DNA of 64,000 nt from Gammaproteobacteria bacterium (GTDB lineage: Bacteria > Pseudomonadota > Gammaproteobacteria > Ga0077536): contig CAXXLL010000002.1 of assembly GCA_963662545.2 (NCBI GenBank), positions 128,001-192,000 of the forward strand, given 5' to 3'. The position numbers and the translations under genes were made by a program. A model generated the notes under the pieces. The model saw only the letters and a list, made by a program, of their open reading frames with translations. It made no database searches and was not told the DNA's origin. Below are positions 24,881-40,165 of this stretch, one piece after another. The first letter of the stretch is position 1. Every line of letters starts with the position of its first letter.

Positions 24881-25813
24881 TTGAACTGGTTCAAAAAGCT
24901 CCTGCCGACGAGAATACGCACCGAAGGCAAGGCCAAGCGCTCCATCCCGGAGGGATTATGGACTAGTTGTCCCGAGTGCAAAGCGGTACTTTACCGGGCC
25001 GAACTCGAGCGCAACCTGGAAGTCTGCATCAAGTGCGGTTACCACCTGCGTGTCGGTGCGCGGCAACGCCTCGAAAAGTTTCTGGATCCCGGCAGCGGTA
25101 AAGAACTGGCGATCGAATTGGAACCGGTAGATTTCCTCAAATTCAAAGACACTAAGCGTTACCGTGATCGAATCGCTGCGGCGCAAAAGGCAACTGGTGA
25201 GCGCGACGCCTTGATCGTCATGGAAGGCCGCGTCAACGGATTGCCGCTGGTGGTTTGCGCATTCGAATTCAAATTCATGGGCGGATCGATGGGTTCGGTC
25301 GTCGGCGAACGTTTTGTTCGCGCGGTTCGGCGCTGTATCGAGGCACGCCTCCCGCTGGTCTGTTTTTGCGCGAGCGGCGGGGCGAGGATGCAGGAAGCGA
25401 TCGTTTCACTGATGCAGATGGCGAAGACCAGCGCGGCGATCGCGGAATTGAAGGAGCATCGCCTCGCTTATATCACGGTCCTGACCGATCCGACGACCGG
25501 CGGCGTGTCCGCGAGTGTAGGAACGCTTGGCGACCTCATCATTGCCGAGCCCGCCGCCCTGATCGGGTTCGCAGGACCGCGGGTCATCGAGCAAACCGTC
25601 GGCGAAATATTGCCGGAGGGGTTTCAACGCAGCGAGTTTCTGCTTGAACACGGTGCCGTCGATATGATGGTTGACCGCCGTGAACTCAAGGCAACGATCG
25701 CGTCAATACTTTCTATTCTGAGCCACCACCAGGCCGTCGAACAAAGCGATGCCGAAGTGCAACAGACGACTGCGGATGCGGTCCCGCCATCGGCAACGAC
25801 GGACACCGAGTGA
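24881..25813 (+). CDS. accD: Acetyl-CoA carboxylase carboxyltransferase beta
   Basis: GLW..CPEC...CIKC zinc finger, [31 protein letters not shown]. Confidence 0.98.
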   Translation: MNWFKKLLPTRIRTEGKAKRSIPEGLWTSCPECKAVLYRAELERNLEVCIKCGYHLRVGARQRLEKFLDPGSGKELAIELEPVDFLKFKDTKRYRDRIAAAQKATGERDALIVMEGRVNGLPLVVCAFEFKFMGGSMGSVVGERFVRAVRRCIEARLPLVCFCASGGARMQEAIVSLMQMAKTSAAIAELKEHRLAYITVLTDPTTGGVSASVGTLGDLIIAEPAALIGFAGPRVIEQTVGEILPEGFQRSEFLLEHGAVDMMVDRRELKATIASILSILSHHQAVEQSDAEVQQTTADAVPPSATTDTE

Positions 25814-27147
25814 TGGTTGCCAGAACAGAAGGTTTGATTGCCCTCGATCCCACCGATATGTCCGGCAGGTTCGACTCGCTGGCAGCCTGGCTTGCCTGGC
25901 TCGAAGCAGGGCACGGCGTGCACATCGAGCTGGGACTCGAGCGCTGCAGGGAAGTCGCCGCGAATCTCGGTCTGGGAAAACCAGCGCCTACCGTGATTAC
26001 GGTCGCCGGGACTAATGGTAAGGGATCGAGCGTTGCTCTGCTGGAGAGCGTCTGGCGGGATGCGGGTTATCGGGTCGGTACCTATACCTCACCGCACCTC
26101 GTACGCTACAACGAACGCATATGCATAGATGGCGTCGAAACAGAAGATGCGACAATATGCGCCGCCTTAGAGAGCGTCGAAAGTACCCGCCGCGGGGTAC
26201 CCCTGACGTACTTCGAGTTTGGCACCCTGGCGGCGCTCAAGATATTCGAGCAGTCATTCCTGGATATCGCGATCCTCGAAGTCGGTCTTGGCGGGCGTCT
26301 CGATGCGGTCAATATCGTCGACTCGGATGTCGCGTTGATCGCCGCGATCGGTCTCGATCACGAGGACTGGTTGGGATCGTCGCGCGAGGAAATTGCGATC
26401 GAGAAAGCCGGAATTATGCGTCCTGGACGACCCGTCATCTGTTCGGATAATGAGGCACCAGAGTCTATCTTGGCGACTGCGGAAACCATCGGCGCGAAGG
26501 CCGAATTGCTGGGCGTCGACTACGCATTCGAAGACGAAGAGACGTCATGGACCTGGTGGTCCGGACCGACGGTGCTGTCCGGTCTGCCGCTACCGGCGCT
26601 CGCTGGGAAGCACCAGTTACGGAACGCGGCCGGCGCCCTGAAGGTCATCGACGCAATGCAGCATCGCCATCCCGTCCCGGCGACTCATATTCACCGCGGT
26701 CTCGAACACGTGGTTTTGCACGGCAGGTTTCATCGCGTTCTCGGCGCTTTCGAGTACATAATGGATGTCGCGCACAACCCGCAGGCGGTGGAAACTTTTG
26801 TCGCGACAATAGGTGCGTTGCCTCGACCGGCACGTACGCATGCTTTAATCGGTATGCTCAATACCAAGAATCACGTGGAATACCTAAGGCGTCTGCTGCA
26901 CGTGGCCGATACCTGGCATTTTGCTTCGCTTCCCGGATCCATGGGTGCAAAAGCTGAAGTGTTGCGCCGGAGCTTCCATCAGCTGGTTCGGAAAGGGGAT
27001 TGTGCCTGCTATCAGTCAGTTCACGATGCACACACTTCGATTATTGCCGGAGCCGATTCTAGCGATCGCATACTCATACTCGGCTCGTTCTTAACCGTTG
27101 GTGCGCTCATGAAACTAGTTCACGGCGAACGCGAGTCGGTCGGTTAA
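25810..27147 (+). CDS. folC: Dihydrofolate synthase/folylpolyglutamate synthase
   Basis: [39 protein letters not shown]; start may be 25813 or 25858. Confidence 0.96.
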   Translation: MMVARTEGLIALDPTDMSGRFDSLAAWLAWLEAGHGVHIELGLERCREVAANLGLGKPAPTVITVAGTNGKGSSVALLESVWRDAGYRVGTYTSPHLVRYNERICIDGVETEDATICAALESVESTRRGVPLTYFEFGTLAALKIFEQSFLDIAILEVGLGGRLDAVNIVDSDVALIAAIGLDHEDWLGSSREEIAIEKAGIMRPGRPVICSDNEAPESILATAETIGAKAELLGVDYAFEDEETSWTWWSGPTVLSGLPLPALAGKHQLRNAAGALKVIDAMQHRHPVPATHIHRGLEHVVLHGRFHRVLGAFEYIMDVAHNPQAVETFVATIGALPRPARTHALIGMLNTKNHVEYLRRLLHVADTWHFASLPGSMGAKAEVLRRSFHQLVRKGDCACYQSVHDAHTSIIAGADSSDRILILGSFLTVGALMKLVHGERESVG

Positions 27148-27737
27148 TGGACCGTCAGCTCAAGCAAAGAGTCGTCGGCGCCGCCGTGCTCGTCGCATTC
27201 GGCGTCGTATTCATCCCCATTTTCCTGGATAACGGGGCACTCGATACCACTATTCCTGACATTACCGGTATACCACCGATGCCGGATCGCGATTTCTCTT
27301 CACGCGTTATTCCCTTGAGTGAAGAGAAAATAGCGAAACTGAAGGCGGACGCTGCCGCTACAGTTCGGATACCCGAGCGGGAAACGTCCAGGCGTGTTCC
27401 CGCGACTCTCGAACCTTCACCGCGATCTCAAGCTTCGACTATCATCGACGAAAGCGCGCCCGGGCCTTATGACAACCGCGAAGCGGCGCCCAGGACCGGC
27501 GTCGTCGCATGGTCGGTACAACTCGGAAGTTTTTCCAATAGCGAGAATGCTAAACGGCTGATCGAAAAGCTCCGCGCGGAGGGGTTTCCCGCGTATCTGG
27601 AGAGACGCATGGAACAGGATGGCGCCGTATTCAAGGTGCGCGTTGGACCGGAAATCCGAAGAGAGGATGCAGAGCGCCTGCGCGCGCGGCTCGAGGACCA
27701 ATTTACGCTCAAGGGGATGTTATTGCGCTACCAATGA
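27147..27737 (+). CDS. dedD: SPOR-domain cell division protein (DedD-like)
   Basis: LKQRVVGA+TM N-terminus, C-terminal SPOR (WSVQLGSFS...VRVGP); folC-dedD-cvpA-purF synteny. Confidence 0.88.
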   Translation: MDRQLKQRVVGAAVLVAFGVVFIPIFLDNGALDTTIPDITGIPPMPDRDFSSRVIPLSEEKIAKLKADAAATVRIPERETSRRVPATLEPSPRSQASTIIDESAPGPYDNREAAPRTGVVAWSVQLGSFSNSENAKRLIEKLRAEGFPAYLERRMEQDGAVFKVRVGPEIRREDAERLRARLEDQFTLKGMLLRYQ

Positions 27738-27827
27738 TACCGCCGTCGATAGGCTGCTCGACGAGGTGTCTTCAGGTGACATCACCTCTCTGCTACACTC
27801 GTTTTTCCGACGCGCGCCGGCCTTTCT

Positions 27828-28316
27828 ATGAACTGGGCGGATATCATCATCATCAGTATCATCCTGGTCTCCACTGTGATCAGTTTATTCAGGGGATTCG
27901 TCCGTGAGATCCTCTCACTCGTGGCATGGATCGTCTCTTTCTGGGCGGCAGCTACGTTTGCACCACAGGTTGCAACCTTACTTGAAAGCTATCTCTCAAT
28001 CCCTACGGCGCGCACCATTCTCGCTTTCATCGGCGTGCTTGTCGTGGCGCTCGTATTGAGCGGCCTCGTGAACACTATGATCGGTCGCCTGATTGAAAAA
28101 ACGGGCCTGTCCGGCACCGACCGTATGCTGGGCGGCATATTCGGCCTACTCAGGGGTGTGGCTATCGTGGCAGTCGTCGTACTGATCGCTGGACTGACAC
28201 AAATTCCTGGCGCACCCTGGTGGCAGCAATCGCAGGTCATTGCGCCGTTCGAAACTGCGGCATTGCAAATCGTCGACTATATGCCGCCCGATCTGTCCAA
28301 ACACTTCAGTTACTGA
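27828..28316 (+). CDS. cvpA: CvpA-family membrane protein
   Basis: MNWAD..RGFVREILSL, GLSGTDRMLGGIFGLLRG. Confidence 0.95.
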   Translation: MNWADIIIISIILVSTVISLFRGFVREILSLVAWIVSFWAAATFAPQVATLLESYLSIPTARTILAFIGVLVVALVLSGLVNTMIGRLIEKTGLSGTDRMLGGIFGLLRGVAIVAVVVLIAGLTQIPGAPWWQQSQVIAPFETAALQIVDYMPPDLSKHFSY

Positions 28317-28331
28317 CTCGAGCAGAACACT

Positions 28332-29861
28332 ATGTGCGGAATCATCGGAATCGTCGCGAAATCCGCGGTCAACCAGATGATCTACGACGGCCTGACCGTA
28401 TTACAACACCGCGGACAGGACGCTGCGGGCATCGCCACTTACGAGGAAAGCCGACTGTATTTGCGAAAGTCGAACGGATTGGTGCGCGATGTCTTTCGTA
28501 CGCGCCACATGGTCAACCTGCGCGGGCGCATGGGCATCGGGCACGTCAGATATCCGACTGCTGGCTTGTCGTCTAACGCGGAGGCGCAGCCCTTTTACGT
28601 CAACTCACCTTACGGCATCACGCTCGCTCACAATGGCAATCTGACGAATTCCGATCACCTCAAACAGGAATTGTTCGAGGATGATCTGCGGCACATCAAC
28701 ACCGAGTCGGACTCGGAAGTCCTGCTGAACGTCTTCGCCCACGAACTTCAAAGCTTCGGCAAGTTCCGGATCGGACCGGATGATATTTTTAGCGCGATCG
28801 ACCGCGTCCATGAACGATGTTCGGGCGGTTATTCCGCGGTGGCCATGATCACCGGTGTGGGAATTGTCGCGTTTCGCGATCCTTACGGGATCCGCCCGAT
28901 CGTATTCGGTAAACGTGAAACCGCAAAAGGGATGGATTACATCGTATCCTCGGAAAGCGTTGCGATCGACGCTCTGGGCTTCGAGTTGATTCGCGATCTC
29001 GCTCCCGGAGAAGTTATTTTCATCAGTAAGGAAGGCGAGGTTCATACGCACCTTTACGCGGCCGCTACACACTATGCACCCTGTATCTTCGAGCACGTCT
29101 ACCTGGCACGACCGGATTCAATCATCGACGGTATTTCGGTACACAAGGCCAGGATGCGCATGGGTGAAGCCCTCGCTGAAAAGATAAGCCGCGATTGGAG
29201 CCACCACGAAATCGACGTCGTTATTCCGATCCCGGATACGGCGCGCACGGCAGCGGTGGAGCTCGCGAATTCTCTTGACCTTAAATATCGCGAAGGATTC
29301 ATCAAAAATCGATATATCCCGCGGACATTCATCATGCCGGGGCAAGCAGCCCGGCGTAAGTCGGTGCGGCAGAAGCTGAACGCCATCGGTCTCGAGTTTG
29401 ACGGCAAGAACGTGCTGCTGGTGGATGATTCGATCGTGCGTGGAACGACTTCCTTGCAGATTATCGAAATGGCCAGGGAGGCGGGGGCGCGTAAGGTCTA
29501 CTTTGCCTCGGCGGCGCCGCCGGTGCGCTTTCCCAATGTCTATGGAATCGACATGCCGACCAGCGAGGAGTTGATCGCTCACAATCGGACTACGGAAGAA
29601 GTGTGCGAATTAATAGGTGCCGACGGTTTGATTTATCAAGACCTCGAAGCGCTGGTGGACGCTGCGCGCCGCGGCAATCCCGAGATCACGGCTTTCGAGC
29701 AGTCTTGTTTCAGCGGCGAGTACATTACCGGGGACGTCAGTGAGGTCTATCTGCGCCACGTCAGCACGTTGCGATCGGACGAGGCCAAGCTGCGGCGCGA
29801 CGAGGAAGACGATTCGCTGCAGGACCTTTTTACTGCCGGCGAGGTATCCCTCGACGCCTGA
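28332..29861 (+). CDS. purF: Amidophosphoribosyltransferase
   Basis: N-terminal [23 protein letters not shown]. Confidence 0.99.
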   Translation: MCGIIGIVAKSAVNQMIYDGLTVLQHRGQDAAGIATYEESRLYLRKSNGLVRDVFRTRHMVNLRGRMGIGHVRYPTAGLSSNAEAQPFYVNSPYGITLAHNGNLTNSDHLKQELFEDDLRHINTESDSEVLLNVFAHELQSFGKFRIGPDDIFSAIDRVHERCSGGYSAVAMITGVGIVAFRDPYGIRPIVFGKRETAKGMDYIVSSESVAIDALGFELIRDLAPGEVIFISKEGEVHTHLYAAATHYAPCIFEHVYLARPDSIIDGISVHKARMRMGEALAEKISRDWSHHEIDVVIPIPDTARTAAVELANSLDLKYREGFIKNRYIPRTFIMPGQAARRKSVRQKLNAIGLEFDGKNVLLVDDSIVRGTTSLQIIEMAREAGARKVYFASAAPPVRFPNVYGIDMPTSEELIAHNRTTEEVCELIGADGLIYQDLEALVDAARRGNPEITAFEQSCFSGEYITGDVSEVYLRHVSTLRSDEAKLRRDEEDDSLQDLFTAGEVSLDA

Positions 29862-29970
29862 TCCGTTGATACATCGAAGACGGTGTCGACTTGATCGCGG
29901 ACTTCCACCAGGTCCTCGGCGGGATCGCGTAGCGCGGAACGACGACGTGCAACGGTGACCTTCTCGACGA

Positions 29971-30942
29971 GTGACTAAACCGAGAGTCATCGTTACCCGG
30001 CGCTGGCCGGCGGCGGTTGAAAGGGAATTAAACGGCCGCTTCGACGCCGTGCTCAATCCCAGCGATACGCCGATGTCCGACGAAGTGCTTGCAGAAGCAT
30101 TCAAGCGTGCCGATGCTGTTTGTCCGACCGTGTCCGATTCGCTGTCCGCAAACGTTTTCCAGGCGGCCGATCCTCGCGTCCGCGTCATTGCTAATTTTGG
30201 CGCCGGAATCAGCCATATCGATCTGGAAATGGCCCGCGAGCGGCGGATTATTGTCACCAATACGCCGGATGTGCTGACCGACTGCACCGCCGATCTCGCG
30301 ATAATGCTGATGCTTATGGTGGCGCGCCGGGCCGGTGAAGGGGAGCGAGAACTACGCGCGGGTGCATGGCGCGGCTGGCGCCCGACCCACATGATGGGCA
30401 CCCGGGTCAGCGGCAAAACGCTTGGCCTGGTCGGCTTTGGCCGCATCGGCCGCGCGGTCGCTCTGCGCGCGCATTCGGGTTTCGGCATGCGGGTCATCTA
30501 CCATACGCCACACCCGCCGCCGCCGGAGGTGAGCGAAGCCCTTGGCGCCTGCAGCGTCGATAGCCTCGAAGATTTGATCGTCGCTGCCGATTTTATATCC
30601 TTGCATTGCCCGGGGGGCGGAGTAACGCGCCATTTGTTTAACGAAGAACGTATCGCGCTCGTGCGCAGGCACGCCTTTCTGATCAATACAGCGCGTGGTG
30701 AAGTCGTCGACCACGGCGCTTTAATCGCGGCTCTGAAGGCCGGAAGCATCGCCGGTGCCGCGCTCGACGTTTACGAAGGCGAGCCGGAAGTGCCCGCCGG
30801 ACTCAAGTCGATGGACAAGGTCGTGCTTCTGCCTCATCTCGGCAGCGCGTCGCGCGAAACGCGCATCGCGATGGGTATGCGAGTGGTCGAAAATCTAGAG
30901 GCATTCTTCGCGGGCCGTGAGCCGCCGGATCGGGTAAATTAA
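29971..30942 (+). CDS. D-2-hydroxyacid dehydrogenase (glyoxylate reductase/D-glycerate dehydrogenase-like)
   Basis: NTPDVLTD.TAD, GFGRIG, INTARG, LDVYEGEP, PHLGSA. Confidence 0.9.
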   Translation: MTKPRVIVTRRWPAAVERELNGRFDAVLNPSDTPMSDEVLAEAFKRADAVCPTVSDSLSANVFQAADPRVRVIANFGAGISHIDLEMARERRIIVTNTPDVLTDCTADLAIMLMLMVARRAGEGERELRAGAWRGWRPTHMMGTRVSGKTLGLVGFGRIGRAVALRAHSGFGMRVIYHTPHPPPPEVSEALGACSVDSLEDLIVAADFISLHCPGGGVTRHLFNEERIALVRRHAFLINTARGEVVDHGALIAALKAGSIAGAALDVYEGEPEVPAGLKSMDKVVLLPHLGSASRETRIAMGMRVVENLEAFFAGREPPDRVN

Positions 30943-31037
30943 TCCAAATTCTCTAGCGCGCGAATTCTCCTACCATCGTCTGCGGTCCGATGGCACAATG
31001 GCCTTCCCCAACGAGGCCGAACCATGCGGAGGTAGCA

Positions 31038-31523
31038 GTGACAATTCAAGTAGGCGACAAAATGCCGGAAGGCGCTTTTGGAATGATGACCGCCGAAGGA
31101 CCAGGCGCCGTTTCGACGGCTGACTTGTTCGGCGGCAAGAAAGTCGTGCTCTTTTCAGTGCCGGGTGCGTTTACTCCGGCGTGTTCTTCGACGCATTTAC
31201 CGGGATTCATCAAACAGGCCGGCGCGATCAAGGGCAAGGGCGTGGATACTATCGCCTGTCTCGCGGTGAACGATGTGTTCGTGATGGACGCCTGGGGTAA
31301 GAATCAAAATGCCGGCGACGACGTCATGTTGCTCGCGGACGGCAATGCGGAATACACCAAGGCGCTCGGACTCGATCTGGACGCGACGGGATTCGGGATG
31401 GGTATACGCGGACAACGTTTTGCAATTGTGGTCGAAAACGGCGTCGCGACGCAGGTCCACTGCGAAGCCGCGGCAACCGACGTCAAGGAAAGTTCCGCCG
31501 AGAATATTTTGAGTAATCTCTAG
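31038..31523 (+). CDS. Peroxiredoxin, Prx5 subfamily
   Basis: PGAFTPACS..HLPGF, VNDVFVMDAW; GTG 31038 behind GGAGG SD. Confidence 0.92.
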   Translation: MTIQVGDKMPEGAFGMMTAEGPGAVSTADLFGGKKVVLFSVPGAFTPACSSTHLPGFIKQAGAIKGKGVDTIACLAVNDVFVMDAWGKNQNAGDDVMLLADGNAEYTKALGLDLDATGFGMGIRGQRFAIVVENGVATQVHCEAAATDVKESSAENILSNL

Positions 31524-31566
31524 CCGGTTAGCGTAAATCCCCGTCTCTTCGAAACCTTCTGCCAGG

Positions 31567-32988
31567 GTGGCTGATGCGCCGAAACACATGTCGGCCGAGG
31601 AGTTTCGTCGCGCGGGCCACGCGGTTATCGATTGGTTGGCGGAGTATTACGAACGCGTAGAATCCTTTCCGGTACAACCGGATGTCCACCCGGGTGATAT
31701 CCGTGGGCGGCTTCCGATAGCGCCACCGGCGCAAGGCGAATCGTTTGATGCAATCATGGCGGATCTCGAACGCGTCGTGATCCCCGGCCTCATGCATTGG
31801 CAATCGCCGAACTTTTTCGGCTACTTTCCCGCCAATACCTCACCGCCGTCCGTGCTCGGCGATCTCGTCAGTTCGGGGCTGGGCGTACAGGGAATGTTGT
31901 GGCAAACGAGCCCGGCGTGTACTGAAATTGAGACCCATGTCCTCGATTGGCTGGTCGACATGCTCGGTTTGCCGGGGAAGTTCAAATCCACGACTCAGCG
32001 CGGCGGCGGGGTCATTCAGGATACGGCTTCGAGCGCAACGCTTTGCGCGCTGCTCGCGGCCCGCGAGCAGGCTTCGGTCTTTACCGCGCGTGAGCGCGGT
32101 ACGCCGGTGAATCTGATCGCTTATTGCTCGGAAGAAACGCATTCCTCGATGGAAAAGGCAATGAGCATCTCGGGCCTCGGTCACGAGAACCTGAGGAAGA
32201 TCGCGACCAATGCCGAACTCGCCATGGATCCGGCTGTTCTTTTGCAAACGATCGCGCGTGACCGGGAGACCGGATTTCGTCCTTTCTTCGTCTGCGCGAC
32301 CGTGGGAACAACCTCTTCGCTTGCTATCGATCCGGTCGCGGAAATTGGCGCCATCTGTACTGAGCAGGATCTGTGGCTACACGTCGATGCGGCGATGGCC
32401 GGCACTGCGGCGCTGTGTCCGGAATACCGTTACATTCATTCCGGTATCGAACTGGCAGACAGCTACTGTTTCAATCCGCACAAATGGATGCTCACCAATT
32501 TCGATTGCGACTGCTTCTATGTCGCGGATCGAGAGCCTTTGATCCGCGCGCTTACGGTGATGCCCGAATACTTGCGCAACGAAGCGAGCGAGCGTGGCAA
32601 TGCCATCGACTATCGCGATTGGCATATTCCGCTCGGCCGGCGGTTTCGCGCAATGAAACTCTGGTTCGTGATCCGTTCTTACGGTGTTATCGGATTGCAA
32701 GATTTTGTACGACATCATGTCGGCCTCGCTGAACGATTCGAGCAGTGGATAGCGGATGATCCGGAGTACGAACTCGCGGTGCGGCGCTCACTCAACCTCG
32801 TTTGCTTTCGTAGACACGGCAGCGACGAAGACAACCAATCCCTATTACGTCGGCTGAACGAGAGTGGGCGAATGTTCCTGACACACACCGTGATCAACGG
32901 CCGTTACTGTCTGAGATTCTGTATTGGCCAAACGTATACCGAGCAGAGGCATGTCGAGCAGGCGTGGCAGCTAATACGAGAATCGTGA
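31567..32988 (+). CDS. Group II PLP decarboxylase, aromatic-L-amino-acid decarboxylase-like
   Basis: HWQSPNFFGYFP, SPACTEIE, LHVDAA, NPHKW (PLP Lys), DYRDWHIPLGRRFRAMKLW. Confidence 0.9.
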   Translation: MADAPKHMSAEEFRRAGHAVIDWLAEYYERVESFPVQPDVHPGDIRGRLPIAPPAQGESFDAIMADLERVVIPGLMHWQSPNFFGYFPANTSPPSVLGDLVSSGLGVQGMLWQTSPACTEIETHVLDWLVDMLGLPGKFKSTTQRGGGVIQDTASSATLCALLAAREQASVFTARERGTPVNLIAYCSEETHSSMEKAMSISGLGHENLRKIATNAELAMDPAVLLQTIARDRETGFRPFFVCATVGTTSSLAIDPVAEIGAICTEQDLWLHVDAAMAGTAALCPEYRYIHSGIELADSYCFNPHKWMLTNFDCDCFYVADREPLIRALTVMPEYLRNEASERGNAIDYRDWHIPLGRRFRAMKLWFVIRSYGVIGLQDFVRHHVGLAERFEQWIADDPEYELAVRRSLNLVCFRRHGSDEDNQSLLRRLNESGRMFLTHTVINGRYCLRFCIGQTYTEQRHVEQAWQLIRES

Positions 32989-33098
32989 TGCAAAGCGCGC
33001 GACATTGGGTTCATACCTTCAATAAAAATGCAGGGAGTTGAATCGAGGTCACAGTCAACGGCACCATCGAACTGGCGCCGTGAGAACTGCCCGGTTCT

Positions 33099-34772
33099 CT
33101 AAAATAGCCCGACTATCCGCCCGTCGGGATCGACGTCGATTTTTTCCGCTGCGGGTGTACGCGGCAGACCCGGCATCGTCATCATGTTACCCGCGATGGC
33201 AATGACGAAACCCGCGCCGGCGGCGACGCGTATCTCGGTGATCTCTACCGTATGGCCGCTGGGCGCACCGCGTACTCCGGGATCGGTCGAGAACGACATC
33301 TGAGTTTTCGCCATGCACACGGGGAAATCACCGTAGACCGCATCGAGTTCCTCGATCTCCCGGCGCAGTTTGAGTGTGGCATAAATATCCGAGGCGCCGT
33401 AGATCTTCGTCGACACTGCGCGGATCTTGTCCCACAGAGGGTCTTTTGCATCGTAGACGTAGCGGTGGGCGACACCGTTTGCATCGACGATTTCACTCAC
33501 TGCCCGGGCCAGATCCTCAGCGCCCGCACCGCCTTCGGCCCAGTGGCGAGCGACGACCGCTTTGCCGCCAAGCGAGTGCACACGGTCGAGGAGCAGAGTA
33601 ATTTCCGCGTCGCTGTCGTGCGTGAAATGATTGATGCTGACGATGCACGGCAGTCCAAAATGCTGCCTGATGTTGTTCATATGGCGTTCGAGATTCACGC
33701 AGCCAGCGTTCAATGCATCGAGATTTTCATTGTTCAATTGATCCACGGCCATGCCCCCGTGGTACTTGAGCGCGCGAACGGTCGCCACTAGCACCACCGC
33801 CCGCGGTTTGAGGCCCGCCATGCGGCACTTGATGTCGATGAACTTCTCGGCCCCCAGATCGGCGCCGAATCCGGCCTCGGTGACGACGTAATCCGCGAGT
33901 TTGAGCGCCGTGCGAGTCGCGATCACCGAATTACATCCGTGCGCGATATTCGCGAACGGACCGCCGTGCACTAAGGCCAGGTTGTTCTCGAGCGTCTGCA
34001 CGATATTCGGGTTGATCGCGTCTTTTAGTAGCGCCGCCATGGCGCCGTGGGCCTTGAGATCGGCTGCGGTCACGGGCCGTCGGTCGCGGCGTGTATAGGC
34101 CACGACGATTCGCCCGAGGCGGGATTTGAGATCCTCCAGTGAGCTTGCCAGGCAGAATATGGCCATGACTTCGGAAGCAACGGTGATGTCGAATCCGTCT
34201 TCGCGTGGAACGCCGTTGGCGGTGCCGCCGAGAGCGATAATGGTGTTGCGCAGCGCGCGGTCATTCATGTCGACTACGCGTTTGAATTTGATGAGACGCG
34301 GATCAATGTCTAGCGTGTCGCCGTGGTGGATATGGTTGTCGAGCATGGCCGCGAGCAGGTTGTGGGCGGCCCCGATGGCGTGGAAATCGCCGGTAAAGTG
34401 CAGATTGATGTCTTCCATTGGCACCACCTGGGCATAACCGCCGCCGGCGGCCCCGCCCTTGATGCCGAAACAGGGTCCGAGCGAGGGTTCCCGCAAGCAC
34501 ATGATGGTGGTCTTGCCGATCCGGTTCATGGCGTCACCGAGACCGACGGTGGTCGTTGTCTTGCCCTCGCCGGCCGGGGTCGGGCTGACTGCGGTAACCA
34601 GAATGAGTTTGCCGTCGTCGGCGGTATCGAGACTGTGGATGTAATCGAGCGCCAGTTTGGCCTTGTAATGACCGTAGGGCACGAGGTGTTCCGGCGCAAT
34701 GCCGAAACGCTCGCGAACGAGATCGACAATCGGCTTTTTGACCGCCTGTTGTGCGATTTCAATGTCCGACAT
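33099..34772 (-). CDS. fhs: Formate--tetrahydrofolate ligase
   Basis: [64 protein letters not shown]. Confidence 0.98.
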   Translation of the reverse strand: MSDIEIAQQAVKKPIVDLVRERFGIAPEHLVPYGHYKAKLALDYIHSLDTADDGKLILVTAVSPTPAGEGKTTTTVGLGDAMNRIGKTTIMCLREPSLGPCFGIKGGAAGGGYAQVVPMEDINLHFTGDFHAIGAAHNLLAAMLDNHIHHGDTLDIDPRLIKFKRVVDMNDRALRNTIIALGGTANGVPREDGFDITVASEVMAIFCLASSLEDLKSRLGRIVVAYTRRDRRPVTAADLKAHGAMAALLKDAINPNIVQTLENNLALVHGGPFANIAHGCNSVIATRTALKLADYVVTEAGFGADLGAEKFIDIKCRMAGLKPRAVVLVATVRALKYHGGMAVDQLNNENLDALNAGCVNLERHMNNIRQHFGLPCIVSINHFTHDSDAEITLLLDRVHSLGGKAVVARHWAEGGAGAEDLARAVSEIVDANGVAHRYVYDAKDPLWDKIRAVSTKIYGASDIYATLKLRREIEELDAVYGDFPVCMAKTQMSFSTDPGVRGAPSGHTVEITEIRVAAGAGFVIAIAGNMMTMPGLPRTPAAEKIDVDPDGRIVGLF

Positions 34773-35171
34773 GGGTTATTCTCGCGATGATTGAAAACGA
34801 TCCAAGGTCGCGCGCTTGCGGCTCCGAGCAAGTCGGTCAGGACGGCGCGCGCGAGTTTATCATCAATTCGGAAGTCGAGCGTCCGCTCCTGTTGCAGGCC
34901 TTAGATCTGGCGCGCCACGTCGAATCGCAACCGGACGAAGACGTCGATCTCCTCGCGATCCCGGCCGAGCGATACGAGCGCGCCCCCATTCATCTGCAGG
35001 CGAACCTGTTTGACGCGCGCGGGTTGTTGCTGAGCGAGGGCGCGGACGCACTCTACGTGAGGCGGCCCTCAGCGCCGATGAGTTGTCGCACCTTCAGTGT
35101 GCTGCGTAGGGAGGAAGTTGAGCCCGCCTACGAATTTCGGCGCTGAGATAGCGCATGAACGTTCGTTCCCA

Positions 35172-37735
<2,564 letters not shown>

Positions 37736-37757
37736 CGGGTTGGGCGTGGAAAGATAA

Positions 37758-39053
<1,296 letters not shown>

Positions 39054-39129
39054 AGAGTGGCACGAAGGTATTATTCACAACCTTGCACGGTACGCGCCTT
39101 ATCGAGGAACGTCTGAGAGTCGGGCGGTT

Positions 39130-39435
39130 GTGCGCGTCGTCATCGCGATTCTCCTGCTGGTTACGATCTATCTGCAATATTCGCTTTGGTTCGGGCGAGG
39201 GGGTATACGAGACGTGAATAAGCTCGCGCAAGCGGTCGAGGCGCAGCGCGACGAAATCGCCAACCTGCAGGATCGCAATCGAGCACTCCATGCGGAAGTC
39301 ATGGATCTCAAGCAGGGCCTCGAAGCAATCGAGGAGCGTGCACGCAGCGAAATGGGCATGATCAAAGACGGTGAGGTGTTTTTCCGGCTCGTCGACCCGG
39401 CGCATGTGGAGTCGGCCGAAGGTGTGACAGAGTGA
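39130..39435 (+). CDS. ftsB: Cell division protein FtsB
   Basis: TM helix+LQYSLWFGRGG, coiled coil, AIEERARSEMGMIK.GE.FF. Confidence 0.95.
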   Translation: MRVVIAILLLVTIYLQYSLWFGRGGIRDVNKLAQAVEAQRDEIANLQDRNRALHAEVMDLKQGLEAIEERARSEMGMIKDGEVFFRLVDPAHVESAEGVTE

Positions 39436-39454
39436 TCACGATGCAGGTAGAAAC

Positions 39455-40165
39455 ATGAGCGACGCCACCGTGTGCGCAGTCGTACCCGCCGCGGGGCAGG
39501 GTCTCCGCATGGGCGGCGGCATACCGAAACAGTACCTTTTGCTCAATGGACGAAGCGTGCTCGAACATACGCTCACCAGGCTGGCCGCACATCCTCGAAT
39601 CGAGCGGATCGTCGTCGCAATCGCCGACGGCGACCTGCGCTTTGCAGCGCTCAGCGACCGCCTGCCGAGCAAAGTGGTCGCGGTTCAGGGCGGGCCCGAG
39701 CGCTGCCACTCGGTGCTTGCCGGACTCGAATGGCTCAGTGAGCGCGTGCCACCGGAGGCCTGGGTCATGGTGCACGATGCAGCGCGACCGTGCCTGCGTG
39801 CGAGCGATATCGATCGTATGATTCGCGACCTGGCCGAGACGACGACCGGCGGTATTCTCGCAGCGCCTGTGCGCGATACGCTCAAGCGCTGCGACGCGGA
39901 TGATCGGATTACCGAGACCGTCGAACGCCAGGCTATGTGGCACGCGCTCACACCACAGATGTTTCGATTGCAGGCATTGCGAGTGGCGATCGAATCGGCG
40001 CTGGCCGAAGGGTTCATCGTGACCGACGAAGCGCAGGCAATGGAGCGCCAGGGCGTGCGGCCGAAAGTGATCCCCGGGCATAGCGACAACGTCAAGATCA
40101 CCCACCCGGAAGACCTCGAACTGGCCGCATTGATCATGAAGGCGCAAGGGGAGCCGCGGGTATGA
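39455..40165 (+). CDS. ispD: MEP cytidylyltransferase
   Basis: PAAGQG.RMG..PKQY, VHDAARP, TPQMF, TDEA, NVKIT.PEDL. Confidence 0.97.
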   Translation: MSDATVCAVVPAAGQGLRMGGGIPKQYLLLNGRSVLEHTLTRLAAHPRIERIVVAIADGDLRFAALSDRLPSKVVAVQGGPERCHSVLAGLEWLSERVPPEAWVMVHDAARPCLRASDIDRMIRDLAETTTGGILAAPVRDTLKRCDADDRITETVERQAMWHALTPQMFRLQALRVAIESALAEGFIVTDEAQAMERQGVRPKVIPGHSDNVKITHPEDLELAALIMKAQGEPRV

